The notes under the pieces: model-generated | What the model was told of the DNA's origin: nothing | The model's database searches: none | What the model saw: the letters and a program-made list of their open reading frames with translations, nothing else | From: Nitrosopumilus sp. | GTDB taxonomy: Archaea > Thermoproteota > Nitrososphaeria > Nitrososphaerales > Nitrosopumilaceae | Assembly (NCBI GenBank): GCA_965218695.1 | Contig: OZ244651.1 | Coordinates: forward strand, 2,232,337 to 2,296,336 | DNA: 64,000 nucleotides | Reading direction: 5' to 3' | Made by a program: the position numbers and the translations under genes | Shown: piece by piece, positions 1-8,532 of the stretch | Layout of the letters: each line of letters begins with the position of its first letter | How positions within the stretch are numbered: position 1 is the first letter of the stretch

Positions 1-719
1 GATCTTGGGCCGTATAGAGCCAGATTCTCTTTTGTTTCGCCAGAATTTCCATATATGGTTGGGACTATTGTCGTGTAATGCTCATAGACGTAAACAAGAT
101 CGGTGGCGGGATTTGTGATTATTTTCCAGTCGTTATGAGATTCCTCCACCATAAAATCATTTTTTACGTTTCTTATTATCGAGTTTGATTCAACATCAAA
201 CATGGCTATACGGTCATACCGGCCATCCAAATCTTTGCCACACGCGTCTCTTTGTACAACATTGTTTGGTTTATCAGAAACATACGAATAGCTTTCAGTC
301 AGCGTCACGAATATTTTTCCATCTATGAATGCGCCACTTGTAGCAATAATCTGCCAAATACCGGGCTCTGTTGGCTTGATTGTTACCGTTGTCTGGGGAG
401 GAAATCCAACATCCCTAACAACAGAAAAGAAACGATAATCATCGGAAATTTGTCCACGCATTCCATAATAGGGTCTGCCGTCAGAAAAATCATCATCAAC
501 AATTTCAAAGCCCTTTGGCAAAATGATTGTAAATTCTGTTGACCATGTTTTTTCATCAGAAGCCTGTGTCCAATTTTCATCATAATTATCAGGTGTGGGA
601 GAGATGATAAGATCAAACTCCTGGCCCAGTACCGGAAGCTCAGATATCTCTATTTGCGTAAATCCCGGAGGAGGAGAAGGCGACGTAGCAAAGGCGTCAT
701 GGGATGCAATTGAGATCAT
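1..719 (-). CDS. hypothetical secreted protein, partial (3' end runs off the window)
   Basis: Absent from the supplied track because it is open at the window edge. Read by hand: plus-strand triplets starting at multiples of 3 from 717 down to 3 contain no TTA/CTA/TCA. The first ATG is the complement of 717-719 (MISIASHDAFATSPSPPPGFTQIEISELPVLGQEF...). In-frame codons upstream, back to the stop at 753-755, read FKIFLVIFVII, which is a signal-peptide h-region without a canonical start. The region is visibly AT-richer than the rest of the window. Confidence 0.45.
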   Translation of the reverse strand, partial: MISIASHDAFATSPSPPPGFTQIEISELPVLGQEFDLIISPTPDNYDENWTQASDEKTWSTEFTIILPKGFEIVDDDFSDGRPYYGMRGQISDDYRFFSVVRDVGFPPQTTVTIKPTEPGIWQIIATSGAFIDGKIFVTLTESYSYVSDKPNNVVQRDACGKDLDGRYDRIAMFDVESNSIIRNVKNDFMVEESHNDWKIITNPATDLVYVYEHYTTIVPTIYGNSGETKENLALYGPR

Positions 720-1042
720 GATGATTACAAAAATGACCAGAAAAATTTTAAATTAATTCAAAAATGAAATCTCTCCAGTACCAACAGCGTATTTTGGGAT
801 CGAGTGGTTATAAGTACACGGTTGGGGCGGTTCTCAGGAGACGGCATATTAGATGATCAGATTGATAGTCCCATAATAGAAGCCATGCGTAATCCCTCCA
901 TTTCGTTGGGTTAAACCAGAAAAACCCAGAAAATATTAAAAATTCTGATTTAATTCTCGCCATGTTAGCCATGTGGGGATCCTGTCCTGCCAGAAATACA
1001 AAATAACGTGCGCAACCTTGCAGCACCACGATGTGCACGGAA

Positions 1043-2356
1043 TTAATTGTTTGAAACGGCGCTGCCGGGGACGTTTGCCTCTTCCCAGTTTATTACCGGC
1101 CCCAGCGTGCTACCTGAAGGAGGTCCTTTCTTCATCTGGTTCCACAGGAGGTCCAGGTTTACGAGTCCGGTTATTATGTTAAATTCCCTGTTAAAGTCGC
1201 CAATCTTTCCCTTGTATGGCGCGGTAAGCCGGCCGTACCGCTTCAGCCTGCCGATGGAGTGCTCCACCTTTACCCTGGCCGAGTTGACGGCGTGGTTGTG
1301 CTCCTTTTCCTCCTTTGTAAAGCGCTTGTGGTTCTTGGTCTTCTTGTGCGGCTGCAGGGTGTTTGTGCCGGGCAGATCCTTTGCGATTCCCTTGTAGCCG
1401 CGGTCAGTAAGGGTGTGGATCCTGTCCTCTTCGGGGGTGTCCTCGTCGCACATGCGGTCCCACCATTTTCCAAACGGCAGCGGGCTCTCCCTGAGCAGCG
1501 TGATGTCGTGGACGGATCCCACGGTGCTGCCGGATATGGCGACTATCACCCCGTTTTCATTTATGCAGACTGTGGTGTTGAGCGTGAATTTCTTCTTCTT
1601 GCCCGAATACATCATGCTCCTCATCTGTTTTTCGTCCGGCCTCTGTATGGGGCAGTGCGTGCCGTCGATCATCATGATGCCCCCGTCAGGCCCGGAAATT
1701 ATTTTTTTGAGATCCTCTTTTGTCTCCGTGCCTGCTATCTCCTTTGATATGTTGGCAGCAGTGGGCAGCGCCGCCTCGAGTACCGCGTCCATGACGTCGA
1801 TGTACCTGGACACGGTCGCCTGGTCTATTCCAAAGAATGCCGCAAGCGCGCCCTGCGTGGGGTTGCCCTTTTTGTACATCAGTGACATGAGTAGCGCGTG
1901 CCTTGGGTACAGCTTGCAGCGGTTCCCGGGATCCGACGCCCTCGTCTCGTCGTTCCTGAAGAGCGGGGATTTGCCGCTTTGTCTTATCCATGCCTCGGCC
2001 CTGTCAAGTATGTACTGGAATTGCCCCCTGCCCTTCAGCGTCGCGTCATGAAGCTTCTTCCCGACGCCGATGACGTCGTCAAACACCTCCACGCGGTGCA
2101 GCAGGGCGGGCTCCCCTGCGGCTCCGGACTCGGAGCCGTCCCGCGTGCTCCACAGGCTTTGCTCGTGCTTGGCGGCTGCCTCCAAGCGCTTGATGTCAGC
2201 GTCCTGGCGCTTGATGTCAGCGTCCTGGCGCTTGATGTCAGCGTCCTGGCGCTTGATCATGTATCTGAGAGCCTTGTTCTCTTTTTGCAGGTCACTTGTT
2301 TCCTGATTCGACAACAGTATGAACCGGCATATTCTGGTTTTAATTGGATGGATCAT
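1043..2356 (-). CDS. DDE transposase, PIF/Harbinger (DDE_Tnp_4)-like
   Basis: 437-aa ORF with the motifs MIDGTHCPIQRP, LTDRGYKG and NSARVKVEHSIGRLKRYGRL, typical of Harbinger-type DDE nucleases. The N-terminus carries (IKRQDAD)x3. Confidence 0.8.
   Translation of the reverse strand: MIHPIKTRICRFILLSNQETSDLQKENKALRYMIKRQDADIKRQDADIKRQDADIKRLEAAAKHEQSLWSTRDGSESGAAGEPALLHRVEVFDDVIGVGKKLHDATLKGRGQFQYILDRAEAWIRQSGKSPLFRNDETRASDPGNRCKLYPRHALLMSLMYKKGNPTQGALAAFFGIDQATVSRYIDVMDAVLEAALPTAANISKEIAGTETKEDLKKIISGPDGGIMMIDGTHCPIQRPDEKQMRSMMYSGKKKKFTLNTTVCINENGVIVAISGSTVGSVHDITLLRESPLPFGKWWDRMCDEDTPEEDRIHTLTDRGYKGIAKDLPGTNTLQPHKKTKNHKRFTKEEKEHNHAVNSARVKVEHSIGRLKRYGRLTAPYKGKIGDFNREFNIITGLVNLDLLWNQMKKGPPSGSTLGPVINWEEANVPGSAVSNN
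2186..2257. repeat. 21-bp tandem repeat, 3.4 copies (GCGCTTGATGTCAGCGTCCTG)
   Basis: Three perfect units at 2186-2206, 2207-2227 and 2228-2248, plus a 9-nt partial unit. It encodes the heptad IKRQDAD inside the transposase N-terminus. Confidence 0.95.
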
Positions 2357-2733
2357 AAATTTTTGACAGCAGGGCTAACATGTCAGCGCGGAGTTTGAAA
2401 AAGTTCCGGATTACGCATATTTTCTAATGCATTCCCCAACCAGGATCAGTTGTAACGCCATACGCTGGGATCAATACGGCAAAAAGGCTGCGGGTTTGGC
2501 CGGAACACACATGAGGACAAATGACCGATACTGATTCAAAATACCGCACGATGCCACCCGGCTCTTCAAAGCCACACCAGAACATGCTTCCGAGACATCG
2601 TGAGGAAATTTTGCATCAATCCCGTACTGAATTAATGTCATTTTGTACAAAAATCGCATCTGGAACCCGTATGAGAATGGCGTTTTCAACACAAGATCAG
2701 TGCATAAACTAAACACTCAGCTGCCAGCTGCAT

Positions 2734-2988
2734 TTGCAGAAGAATCCGGTTGCCTTAAAAGCCTTAACTAAAGACACTAAACTAGATTTGGTCCACTCAG
2801 AGCACAACAGATCAAAGAAGAGCGGTGGGTTTGCCCTGATAATCCTAGGCGCGTTGCTGTTGTTTCTTGCGCCCAACATCTATCCCCAAATGCCCCAGTT
2901 TGGCACCGCCGCCTTGATTGGGGGAATGGTAGTAGGGGGAATCGGGTTCTATCTGAAATTTGTAAGGGGACGTTCAAGGAACAGATAA
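2734..2988 (+). CDS. small membrane protein, hypothetical
   Basis: 84-aa ORF with two hydrophobic helices (FALIILGALLLFLAPNIY and ALIGGMVVGGIGFYL). It lies 21 nt upstream of the next gene. Confidence 0.4.
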   Translation: MQKNPVALKALTKDTKLDLVHSEHNRSKKSGGFALIILGALLLFLAPNIYPQMPQFGTAALIGGMVVGGIGFYLKFVRGRSRNR

Positions 2989-3009
2989 GGAAAGATTCAT
3001 CAATTAGAA

Positions 3010-4347
3010 GTGACACAAAAGAGCGTGAGATTCTTTCCCAGAAAGGACAGCGCAGTCTCCAAGGATAGTGACGAGTACATTGTAAAAGAAGAGCTTGAGG
3101 CACGCTCAGAGGCACTGCAGGCCGAGGTAGACAAGAGTCAAAGTGAACTGGACAGGATTCAAGAGGAACGCGAGGAGAGGCGTGCTGAACTGCAGGACAT
3201 CACTCAAAAGGTTCAGGTAGTAAAGGAAGAGTATAACACGTCAGTCGGCACCCTGATGTCAATCAAGAAGGACCTGAATCAAAGCAGGATGGATCTTGAT
3301 TCCATACACAGGGAACACAAGGAGGTCTCAACTAGGATCAGGAATTCTGAGGTCAGTGTGGAGATTGGCATGAGTCTTTCCAAGGCAAGAGATTTGCTCC
3401 TCAATACAAGGAATGAGATTAGGAAGGCAACGCAGGAGCGCGAGAGGGTAAAGGAGCAGATGGAGCAGGAGAAGACTGTCCTGTCAGGAATCAAGGAGGA
3501 GACCAGGAAGGCAGCAGAGTGCGATGATGCAGGGGAGCAGAAGATTCTATCAGGAATCAAGGAGGAGACCAGGAAGGCAACGCAGGAGCGCGAGAGGATA
3601 AAGGAGCAGATGGAGCAGGAGAAGACTGTCCTGGCAGGAATCAAGGAGGAGACCAGGAAGGCAGCAGAGCGCGATGATGCAGGGGAGCAGAAGATTCTAT
3701 CAGGAATCAAGGAGGAGACCAGGAAGGCAACGCAGGAGCGCGAGAGGGTAAAGGAGCAGATGGAGCAGGAGAAGACTGTCCTGTCAGGAATCAAGGAGGA
3801 GACCAGGAAGGCAGCAGAGCGCGATGATGCAGGGGAGCAGAAGATTCTATCAGGAATCAAGGAGGAGACCAGGAAGGCAACGCAGGAGCGCGAGAGGGTA
3901 AAGGAGCAGATGGAGCAGGAACGCAAAGCCCTGTCCACCGTAAAAAGGGAGCAGATGAAGGCAAAGGAGGAGCTGGAGGAGACCAACGCCATGCTGTATA
4001 ACGCAAAGGAGGACATGGGTAAAAAGACAAAAGTCCAAGAGACAGGTCCCCTTACCATCAAGGAAAAGGAGTTTATTCATGGGAACAGTACTGATCAGAG
4101 AGGTTCTGCAGGGATAATTGAGGCGGCAAGTGCAGTAGTCAGCTCCCTGAAATCAAAACTCAAGGCAACACAGGACAAGATTGATTCGGTCCAGGCTCTT
4201 TTGGAGGAAGAAAGGGAGAAGCATAAAAAGACCAAGCAGAAACTGGAGTCATTCAGGAAGGGCGCAGTCAAGTCAGAACAGAAGTCAGAACAGAAGTCAG
4301 AACAGAAGTCAGAACAGAAGTCAGAACACGGCAAGGATGCATCCTAG
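3010..4347 (+). CDS. coiled-coil repeat protein, hypothetical
   Basis: 445-aa ORF with a GTG start and an extremely E/K/R/Q-rich sequence. It contains 3.3 near-identical 50-aa repeats (KATQERERVKEQMEQEKTVLSGIKEETRKAAERDDAGEQKILSGIKEETR) and a C-terminal (SEQK)4. Confidence 0.7.
   Translation: MTQKSVRFFPRKDSAVSKDSDEYIVKEELEARSEALQAEVDKSQSELDRIQEEREERRAELQDITQKVQVVKEEYNTSVGTLMSIKKDLNQSRMDLDSIHREHKEVSTRIRNSEVSVEIGMSLSKARDLLLNTRNEIRKATQERERVKEQMEQEKTVLSGIKEETRKAAECDDAGEQKILSGIKEETRKATQERERIKEQMEQEKTVLAGIKEETRKAAERDDAGEQKILSGIKEETRKATQERERVKEQMEQEKTVLSGIKEETRKAAERDDAGEQKILSGIKEETRKATQERERVKEQMEQERKALSTVKREQMKAKEELEETNAMLYNAKEDMGKKTKVQETGPLTIKEKEFIHGNSTDQRGSAGIIEAASAVVSSLKSKLKATQDKIDSVQALLEEEREKHKKTKQKLESFRKGAVKSEQKSEQKSEQKSEQKSEHGKDAS
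3421..3920. repeat. 150-bp tandem repeat, 3.3 copies, near-perfect
   Basis: Units start at 3421, 3571, 3721 and 3871, each beginning AGGAAGGCAACGCAGGAGCG. Only a few substitutions differ between units, and the array is in frame within the CDS. Confidence 0.95.
4273..4329. repeat. 12-bp tandem repeat TCAGAACAGAAG, 4.75 copies
   Basis: Perfect units at 4273, 4285, 4297 and 4309, plus a partial unit. It encodes (SEQK)4-SEH at the C-terminus of the coiled-coil protein. Confidence 0.95.
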
Positions 4348-4353
4348 GAACGG

Positions 4354-4803
4354 TCACAGTTCCTTAAAATGCTTGATCCATTTTGATTTGATCTCCTGTT
4401 CTGAGAGGCCCATATGGTACAATGGGGAGAGAACCTGGGAGACCTGTGATACGTCCACCATGATAATTGACCTAATCGGGCTTGTCACGCCACGATCCCG
4501 GTACCGGCTTATGACTGCCTTGCTGAGTGCATCGTCATCATCAAGGATTCTGGCCTGTCCCTGAAACAGGTAGCCTCTGCGTAAGATCGGATCAATTACG
4601 TTAATCTCAACATTGGGATTGCTCTGCAGGTTTTTGACTGTGTCAGGCGAGCAGATGTCTGCAAAGGCCAGAGTCTTTGAGTCCCAGTAGATTATCGTGC
4701 CCTTGGGGGAGACGTTGGGTCTCTGGTCGGGACTCACAGTTGCAACATATCCAAGATTCTGCAGATCCAAAAAAGCGCTTATCTCACTAGTAATCATTGC
4801 CAT
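4354..4803 (-). CDS. pyridoxamine 5'-phosphate oxidase-like FMN-binding split-barrel protein
   Basis: 149-aa ORF. GYVATVSPDQRPNVSPKGTII...NPNVEINVIDPILRRGYLFQGQARIL resembles the PNPOx-like family. The call rests on motif recognition only. Confidence 0.6.
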   Translation of the reverse strand: MAMITSEISAFLDLQNLGYVATVSPDQRPNVSPKGTIIYWDSKTLAFADICSPDTVKNLQSNPNVEINVIDPILRRGYLFQGQARILDDDDALSKAVISRYRDRGVTSPIRSIIMVDVSQVSQVLSPLYHMGLSEQEIKSKWIKHFKEL

Positions 4804-4820
4804 TCATGCACACCACATCA

Positions 4821-4919
4821 CTACCGCATGAGCTCTGTTAGGAACTGGGAGAGAAAGAAGAATCCGATTCCGCCTCCGATTATCGCAATCCAGGCTGCAA
4901 TCTGTTTGGGTTTGGACAT
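4821..4919 (-). CDS. 32-aa single-pass membrane peptide, hypothetical
   Basis: Hand-translated as MSKPKQIAAWIAIIGGGIGFFFLSQFLTELMR. It is below the size cutoff of the track. Confidence 0.25.
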   Translation of the reverse strand: MSKPKQIAAWIAIIGGGIGFFFLSQFLTELMR

Positions 4920-4968
4920 TTGTGTGTGATGTTGCAGGCTCACTATTGAATCTAATTGAGAGGAACAG

Positions 4969-5060
4969 GTACATACTCAGGTCCCCCTCAAACTCAGGCG
5001 TGAATATACGTAAAACAGTACATGTTTACGCCTAGACAATACCGGGACCTGAGTATGTAC
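4969..5060. mobile_element. MITE copy 1 (92 bp, 17-bp TIR GTACATACTCAGGTCCC)
   Basis: Perfect 17-bp terminal inverted repeats, flanked by the 8-bp direct repeat AGGAACAG (4961-4968 and 5061-5068). It matches the copy at 27722-27813 at 91 of 92 positions. Confidence 0.9.
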
Positions 5061-5266
5061 AGGAACAGCCAGGTTGGCAGTGTTTTGTATTGCAGTATGG
5101 CTTGTGACGCCGGATGGTAGGGAGTATCAAGTGTTTGTCGCAGGACGGATGCCCCAGTCAACACGGGCTTGGTTTTCCATGGCGAGTTGCGGCAGGATGA
5201 CGACGGTTCCATATTGGAGAGCCATGCATTCAGACAGTTATAATTAGGATGATTGTGCTCTTGGCA

Positions 5267-5449
5267 TCATTGGTAGGCATCCGGAGTGTTGGAAGGTTTT
5301 TTCTCTTTATAGCAGGAGGCATAGTGGCCATAGTGGTAGGCGCCTTTATGATCAGAGGCACCATGCACATGTGGGACAAGCCAAAAGACGATGATAATGA
5401 CTAAAAGGCATGTATGGTAAACCAGTATCGTAATTGCTTGATGATTCAT
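5267..5449 (-). CDS. small His-rich membrane protein, hypothetical
   Basis: 60-aa ORF with one TM helix followed by HVHGASDHKGAYHYGHY. Its start overlaps the divergent ORF at 5434, so at most one of the two starts is right. Confidence 0.25.
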   Translation of the reverse strand: MNHQAITILVYHTCLLVIIIVFWLVPHVHGASDHKGAYHYGHYASCYKEKKPSNTPDAYQ

Positions 5450-5751
5450 CCATAAGAAGATCGCTGGACATATACGTCAAGAGACGGATTCAGGAAATTC
5501 CAAGTGAGATCAGGCAGACATTTCCAGCCGTAAAGAAGATCTGGAAATGCAGAAGCGATCTGGATTTTATCTACGGGTACTATGTGGGAAAGATTGAGGA
5601 AGGCTCGCTCCACTATCTGCTCAAGGCAACGCGCGCATCCGTCGGGGGCTACGTGGATACCTTTGAAATCAGGGGCGTCATAGAGACGCACAAAAAGGAG
5701 CTGCAGGATGCGATAAGGAACGCGTTAAATCAAACTAGAAATACCACGTGA
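5434..5751 (+). CDS. hypothetical protein
   Basis: 105-aa ORF with a TTG start and no internal Met. The composition looks protein-like. Confidence 0.4.
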   Translation: MLDDSSIRRSLDIYVKRRIQEIPSEIRQTFPAVKKIWKCRSDLDFIYGYYVGKIEEGSLHYLLKATRASVGGYVDTFEIRGVIETHKKELQDAIRNALNQTRNTT

Positions 5752-6175
5752 TGCCAGCATTTGTATGGTAGGCCCGCAGGATGGAGGTTTTGGATTTGAC
5801 CAGTCCAAAAAATACACAAGCGTAGACAATATTGATGAGATCTGTGTCCAATGTCAGGCAGGACAGCATAAAAAATGCCTGAAGAAGGCAAAGCAGCAGA
5901 GTGTCTGCGAGTGCGAGCACTGCATGATTTTTGGTTAGCAGTGTGCCAGGGATGTCATTGATTCTCAGACACTTGCCTGGGAACAGAATCACATGCAGGT
6001 ATACACAGCCAAAATCCGTTGCATTTTTCCGTATTTTTTTTGGTGCTCGGCAGATCTTTTCTGATTTGGCTCCCGTCTGATTCTTTTCAGGATTATGGCA
6101 ACGTGCAGAGCCACACATGGGGGCACCATCCCGGCAAATGTCAGTGCGATGAACCTTGGGGGGTGATTTCAACAC
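5735..6175 (-). CDS. hypothetical membrane protein
   Basis: 146-aa ORF with a hydrophobic C-terminal half. I recognise no family. Confidence 0.2.
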   Translation of the reverse strand: MLKSPPKVHRTDICRDGAPMCGSARCHNPEKNQTGAKSEKICRAPKKIRKNATDFGCVYLHVILFPGKCLRINDIPGTLLTKNHAVLALADTLLLCLLQAFFMLSCLTLDTDLINIVYACVFFGLVKSKTSILRAYHTNAGITWYF

Positions 6176-6219
6176 ATGACGCCGAGAATTTTAATACCAT
6201 TCAATGATATTGATGCATA

Positions 6220-6330
6220 ATGTCAAACGAGTACAAGTTTGAGTGTGAATTCTGTGGAAAGGATTTTGGTGCGGAGGTTGTGGAGCTGGCGCTGCATATT
6301 GGCAGGATGCACGACAGGCCAAGAGACTAG
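6220..6330 (+). CDS. 36-aa C2H2-type zinc-finger mini-protein
   Basis: Hand-translated as MSNEYKFECEFCGKDFGAEVVELALHIGRMHDRPRD, giving the pattern C-x2-C-x13-H-x4-H. The TATA-like TTTTAATA at 6189-6196 lies about 25 nt upstream. The stop TAG (6328-6330) spans the IS630 junction. Confidence 0.5.
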   Translation: MSNEYKFECEFCGKDFGAEVVELALHIGRMHDRPRD

Positions 6331-7438
6331 AGTCACGTTCAGAAATAATTTCGCCTCCCGAAAGGCAACTCGACCGAAAAGCTTTTTGATCGCAGGATTC
6401 CCGGGCCATCACGGACGAGAATGACAGGAAGATACGGGAGCTCACGGAGGCCATGAGGGCAGAGAAGGACGCCAGGATCCGCAACAGGATCATGGCAGTA
6501 CGCGGGGCGCTCGCAGGATACGCCACAAGGGACGCGGCGTACTTTGCAGACGTGGACCGGCGCACGGTGCAGCTGTGGGCGGCGCGGTTCGACGAGGACG
6601 GCATGGATGGCCTCCGGGACGCTCCCGGAAGGGGCAGGCCCCCACGCGTAAAGTACGAGCGGATCAAAAAGCTTGCAGACAGGCTCAGCGGCAAGAACAT
6701 GCTAACCCCGAGGAAGCTGCGGAACTGGATACGCGGGAAACTATTTGCAAGGTACAGCTTGTGCAGCGTGCGCAGGATAATGCGATCCCTTGGGTTCTCG
6801 TCCAAGAGGTCTACCACGGAGTATGCCTCGGCAGCCGGCGGCGGCGACGAGGTAAGGCAGTGGCAGGCTGACGCTGCAGGCACGATATCCGGCGCAAAAC
6901 AGCGTGGATCTACAATCGTGGCGCAGGACGAGTCCATATTCATCAGGATTGGAACGAATGGAAGGAAACCGTGGTCGCGCGTCGGGGATCCCGTGGCCGT
7001 CGGCAGGAGCGGCAGGAGGGACAAGACGATCGTGTACGGCGCGCTTGCCGGGGACGGAACCAGGCTTATGCGGCAGTACGAAAAATTCGACGGCCCGACG
7101 TTCGTGAAATACCTCAAGGAGGTGCGCCGTAAATGGGGCAAGGTCCTGCTCATAACGGACAATGCGAGCCAGCACAAGCACGGGAAGGTGCGGGAATATT
7201 TGGAGGGGCACGACGAAGTGAGGATCCTGTACCTGCCTACCGCGACGCCAAAGCTCAGCGCCGTCGAATCTGTATGGAGGGATGCAAAATACAGGCTGGT
7301 GACCTCCGAACACTACGAGACGCTGGAGGACCTGACGCACGCGGTGTCAGAATATTTCAGGACGTGCTCGATCAAGCTCGACATCTACAGATTCCTGTAC
7401 CGCTGCATATGAGGCGAAATTTTCACTGATCGTCACTC
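6330..7438 (+). mobile_element. IS630-family insertion sequence (1109 bp)
   Basis: 28-bp TIRs GAGTCACGTTCAGAAATAATTTCGCCTC (6330-6357) versus the reverse complement of 7411-7438, matching at 23 of 28 by hand. It is flanked by a TA/TA duplication at 6328-6329 and 7439-7440, as expected for IS630/Tc1. Confidence 0.9.
6453..7412 (+). CDS. IS630-family DDE transposase
   Basis: 319-aa ORF with an N-terminal HTH region and the DDE_3 motifs VAQDESIF, LITDNASQHK and PKLSAVESVWRDAK. Confidence 0.9.
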   Translation: MRAEKDARIRNRIMAVRGALAGYATRDAAYFADVDRRTVQLWAARFDEDGMDGLRDAPGRGRPPRVKYERIKKLADRLSGKNMLTPRKLRNWIRGKLFARYSLCSVRRIMRSLGFSSKRSTTEYASAAGGGDEVRQWQADAAGTISGAKQRGSTIVAQDESIFIRIGTNGRKPWSRVGDPVAVGRSGRRDKTIVYGALAGDGTRLMRQYEKFDGPTFVKYLKEVRRKWGKVLLITDNASQHKHGKVREYLEGHDEVRILYLPTATPKLSAVESVWRDAKYRLVTSEHYETLEDLTHAVSEYFRTCSIKLDIYRFLYRCI

Positions 7439-7785
7439 TAGGCCTCGGACTAGGCCGCAAGGCATGACGGATGTTCCATGGGGAGTCCCCCAAGGCAGGC
7501 CGTAGTAGGGCATTCATAAAACCTGCAGATCAGGCGTCTGCCGGCTTTCAGATGATGCAGGCATGAACTCCTTGTTCGGGTTTTTCGTGCGTCAAAATGT
7601 ATACAGGAACAGTCTGCCCCAAATCAGGATTGGCCGGCTGGGCACGTCATAGTACCCGAAGGCACGCAACGTCGGTTGGTCCGTGACTGTTTTTCCTGGG
7701 ATATATGATAATATATATTACTTTCTGGGTTTTAGAATTTTAAGACGATATTAAAAAATATATACTACCATATTACTAGAAGCCC

Positions 7786-8070
7786 ATGCATATGAAATAC
7801 GAGATGGGTCAAATGAGGCAAGAGATTGCCAATCTGCGTGCCGCATGCGGGAAGGGCGATGCAGCCAGCACGTTCGGAGACCGATGCATGACGACCACCG
7901 GATCACCACACGGAGAATTCCGGATCATGGCAGGTACCCAACGTAATCCACTATTCATGACCCACACACACGACAGGCATATCACAGTATACCGATGCCA
8001 GGAGACAGGCACAGACTCGTGCAGCCTGTGGGGAGTCGTTGGCTTCAGGTGTGAGGAGATCGATGACTAG
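7786..8070 (+). CDS. hypothetical protein
   Basis: 94-aa ORF preceded by a very AT-rich stretch (7700-7785) that could hold a promoter. Confidence 0.35.
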   Translation: MHMKYEMGQMRQEIANLRAACGKGDAASTFGDRCMTTTGSPHGEFRIMAGTQRNPLFMTHTHDRHITVYRCQETGTDSCSLWGVVGFRCEEIDD

Positions 8071-8351
8071 TGCCCTATTTTCTGGTGTCGATTAATGACG
8101 AGAAGGAGACAGAGTATGTCTGTCTGGAGGCAGAGACCCCGCTCAAGGCAGTCAGGGCAGTCGAGATAGACGACAAAAAGTATGCAGGAAAGACCCATGT
8201 GGAAGTAAGATGCTGGCTTATGAACCACATAATGGAAAATTCCTCTGCCATCCATAGGATGATAAAACAACCCGAAAAATATTACAAAAGCCTCGCCGTC
8301 GCACACATGATATTCCCAGGCGTATGGACATCTGCAGAGGATGATGACTGA
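8070..8351 (+). CDS. hypothetical acidic protein
   Basis: 93-aa ORF with a GTG start that abuts the stop of the previous ORF. Confidence 0.35.
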   Translation: MPYFLVSINDEKETEYVCLEAETPLKAVRAVEIDDKKYAGKTHVEVRCWLMNHIMENSSAIHRMIKQPEKYYKSLAVAHMIFPGVWTSAEDDD

Positions 8352-8532
8352 TACTGCCTCCTGGGACGCCGTTTCCGGCTTGGACAGGGCGCGCAGCCTG
8401 CCAGGTCCATGGCACAGACAAGCAGACAGACGCCGATGCGGCAAAATCCGCACACGCCAAGCACGACAATTTAACCAAATTCCCACACGCCCGAATAGGG
8501 CATTGACTGCAAAGGAATCGAGGACAGAGAAG

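Larger units (their letters stand above)
961..2382 (-). mobile_element. IS element, PIF/Harbinger-like (IS5 superfamily); ends tentative
   Basis: Perfect 10-bp inverted termini CATGTTAGCC (961-970) and GGCTAACATG (2373-2382) bracket the transposase ORF. I found no clean target-site duplication. Confidence 0.5.

Noticed and set aside
3421-3920. Regularly spaced repeats that at first glance could be a CRISPR array
   Set aside because: The 150-bp units are directly contiguous with no unique spacers. They are far longer than CRISPR repeats and lie in frame inside a long ORF. No cas genes are present in the window.
6191-7177. 328-aa ORF on the minus strand
   Set aside because: It is antisense to the IS630 transposase gene. 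Its Ser/Pro/Arg/Ala-rich composition is typical of a shadow ORF in GC-rich coding DNA. The same reasoning applies to 6741-7340, 18121-19095, 21148-21912, 22119-22859, 25928-26818, 30575-31207, 47811-48704 and similar antisense or out-of-frame ORFs in the track.
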